In this document: piece after piece, positions 23,929 through 25,190 of the stretch | How positions within the stretch are numbered: the stretch's first letter is position 1 | How the letters are laid out: every line of letters begins with the position of its first letter | Origin: a virus | DNA length: 25,190 nt | IMG/VR virus record: IMGVR_UViG_3300019458_000027 | Coordinates: 1-25,190 of that record | Strand: one strand, 5' to 3' | Made by a program: the position numbers and the translations under genes | Notes under the pieces: model-generated | What the model was told of the DNA's origin: nothing | The model's input: the letters and a program-made list of their open reading frames with translations, nothing else | Databases searched by the model: none

Positions 23929-24537
23929 TTACTCCAAACGACTGGAAGTGTTATAATATCTGAGTGAGTTCATTTGGGAAGCTAATTGCTCCTCGTTTGT
24001 TTCGATAATTTTGGTAAAGTGGTCAACGATGGTGTTTTTGTCCATACTACGGCCAGCAATTGAAACAGAGAAATAATCCTTAGCTTCTATAACTAACCTC
24101 TTTAAAACGTTGGTATAGACTCTTTTGGTAATGGCTTCCACATAAGGGTCGGCTACATCGGTCGGGTCTATCGTTCTGTAAACACCCGTAGCAATTTCTT
24201 TCCTGGCCGGTTCCAATTCTTCGGTTAGTTCGGCATCCGTAAATGGGTCGAAGTCATAGGTAACCCTAACCACATCGCTGGTTGCTACCGTTAGGGTAAC
24301 CTTCCCGTTAGTGGCATCAATTACATAGTCAGCGGAGAATAAGGTCGTCTCCACTCCCAAGGAATCAATCTTTCTAACCTGTGGGACCGGGAACGATCTC
24401 CAATTTTTATGACGAGATTGAAATACCGTAGCGGGGAGGGCTGTCGTGTTAGACAAATCCTCATCTCTAATGCTTACTTGGATATTCGAAAGTCGTCTTT
24501 TTACCCCTGTAAGTAGGGAAGCAAGGGTTGTTGGCAT
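23929..24537 (-). CDS. Head-tail adaptor protein with inserted beta module
   Basis: Helical N and C parts (FTDAEL, SVSIAG.S) with DYVIDATNGKVTL...VRVTYDF insert; synteny. Confidence 0.65.
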   Translation of the reverse strand: MPTTLASLLTGVKRRLSNIQVSIRDEDLSNTTALPATVFQSRHKNWRSFPVPQVRKIDSLGVETTLFSADYVIDATNGKVTLTVATSDVVRVTYDFDPFTDAELTEELEPARKEIATGVYRTIDPTDVADPYVEAITKRVYTNVLKRLVIEAKDYFSVSIAGRSMDKNTIVDHFTKIIETNEEQLASQMNSLRYYNTSSRLE

Positions 24538-24824
24538 TATTTCGTTTCGCCGTCCTTTTTCTCTGCTTTCTGAACGTTCTCGTCGTGTTTAGGATTAGGA
24601 GTGGTTCCCTGAGAACAATACTCAGCCATTACTTTCAGGGCTTCCCCTGCTCCCTTAAGAAATATGGCTCTGTCTTTCAGTTTAACCAATTCCTCCTCAA
24701 GATTCAGGATTCTAACCAACGTCCAGGTTCTTTCTGCCTCTTGACCATTCAATAAGACCAGAGCTTGCTTCTTAATATCTTCTCTCGATGGTAATTGTCC
24801 CATAACCCTCTTTTCTTCACCCAT
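24537..24824 (-). CDS. Small coiled-coil hypothetical protein
   Basis: GGAGG SD, heptad pattern. Confidence 0.7.
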   Translation of the reverse strand: MGEEKRVMGQLPSREDIKKQALVLLNGQEAERTWTLVRILNLEEELVKLKDRAIFLKGAGEALKVMAEYCSQGTTPNPKHDENVQKAEKKDGETK

Positions 24825-24851
24825 TTTCTGTTGTGTCCTCCATTATTGATG

Positions 24852-24906
24852 AAAAACTAGTGAGGGATTGAATCCAAGGGATTGGTTGAAGACCCAATCC
24901 CTCACT
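24852..24906 (-). terminator. Terminator-like 12-bp stem with an internal competing partner strand
   Basis: AGTGAGGGATTG...CAATCCCTCACT-AG-TTTTT with internal CCAATCCCT. Confidence 0.65.
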
Positions 24907-24926
24907 TGCTCACCCTAATCTACGAA

Positions 24927-25190
24927 TTACAGCGTAGATCGGTTGTAGCTAACCAGAACCACGTCTCCAGCAGTAGGAGCGGTGTTGAACGTCATCGTCT
25001 CAGCCGTGGCGACATAATCATTCGATGCGCCAGGTCGCTGGAGGATTCCGTTGAGGAAAAGTAACTCACTACCCACCACGTTGTCGGAAAAGGCGAGATC
25101 GAAAATGGTAGGATCACCATCCCCAACCTGTGAAGTCAAATCCTCATTGGTAACGTCAAAACCACCCAAATTGGTATGGAAGTGGTCGGA
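24927..25190 (-). CDS. C-terminal part of a virion structural protein (head decoration/fibre-like), truncated by window edge
   Basis: Frame open to 25190; LFLNGILQRPG...DY......TFNTAPTAGD.V.VSY module. Confidence 0.7.
   Translation of the reverse strand, partial: SDHFHTNLGGFDVTNEDLTSQVGDGDPTIFDLAFSDNVVGSELLFLNGILQRPGASNDYVATAETMTFNTAPTAGDVVLVSYNRSTL

Overview
This window is a fragment of a tailed dsDNA phage genome (Caudoviricetes, siphovirus-like). Essentially all genes lie on the minus strand and use the standard genetic code. Reading from 25190 downwards, the late operon contains: the end of a virion protein, neck genes (adaptor, closure, HK97 gp10-like, tail terminator), tail tube, tail chaperone with a -1 frameshift site, tape measure, Dit-like protein, a double Asp-box beta-propeller adhesin, several tail-tip/fibre proteins and a membrane-protein cluster (lysis-like, no endolysin visible). 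From about 5800 downwards is an early/accessory region driven by three similar sigma70 promoters. It holds an RQGD + DUF6745 pair, tRNA-Ile(UAU), a HExxH protease, a zinc deaminase, a CX5R phosphatase, SWIM and Zn-ribbon proteins, DUF932 and small ORFs. The most notable observations are: (1) a set of two-state terminator/antiterminator RNA elements placed after structural genes; (2) a ~14-aa GNAHI repeat shared between the adhesin C-terminus and the hub N-terminus, flanking pilin-like subunits, which suggests a scaffolded modular fibre; (3) membrane-anchored proteins ending in beta-barrel-like strands at the lysis position; (4) a rare UAU tRNA; (5) a G15 tract that breaks a reading frame. All product calls come from motifs and synteny read by eye; no database search or folding program was run.
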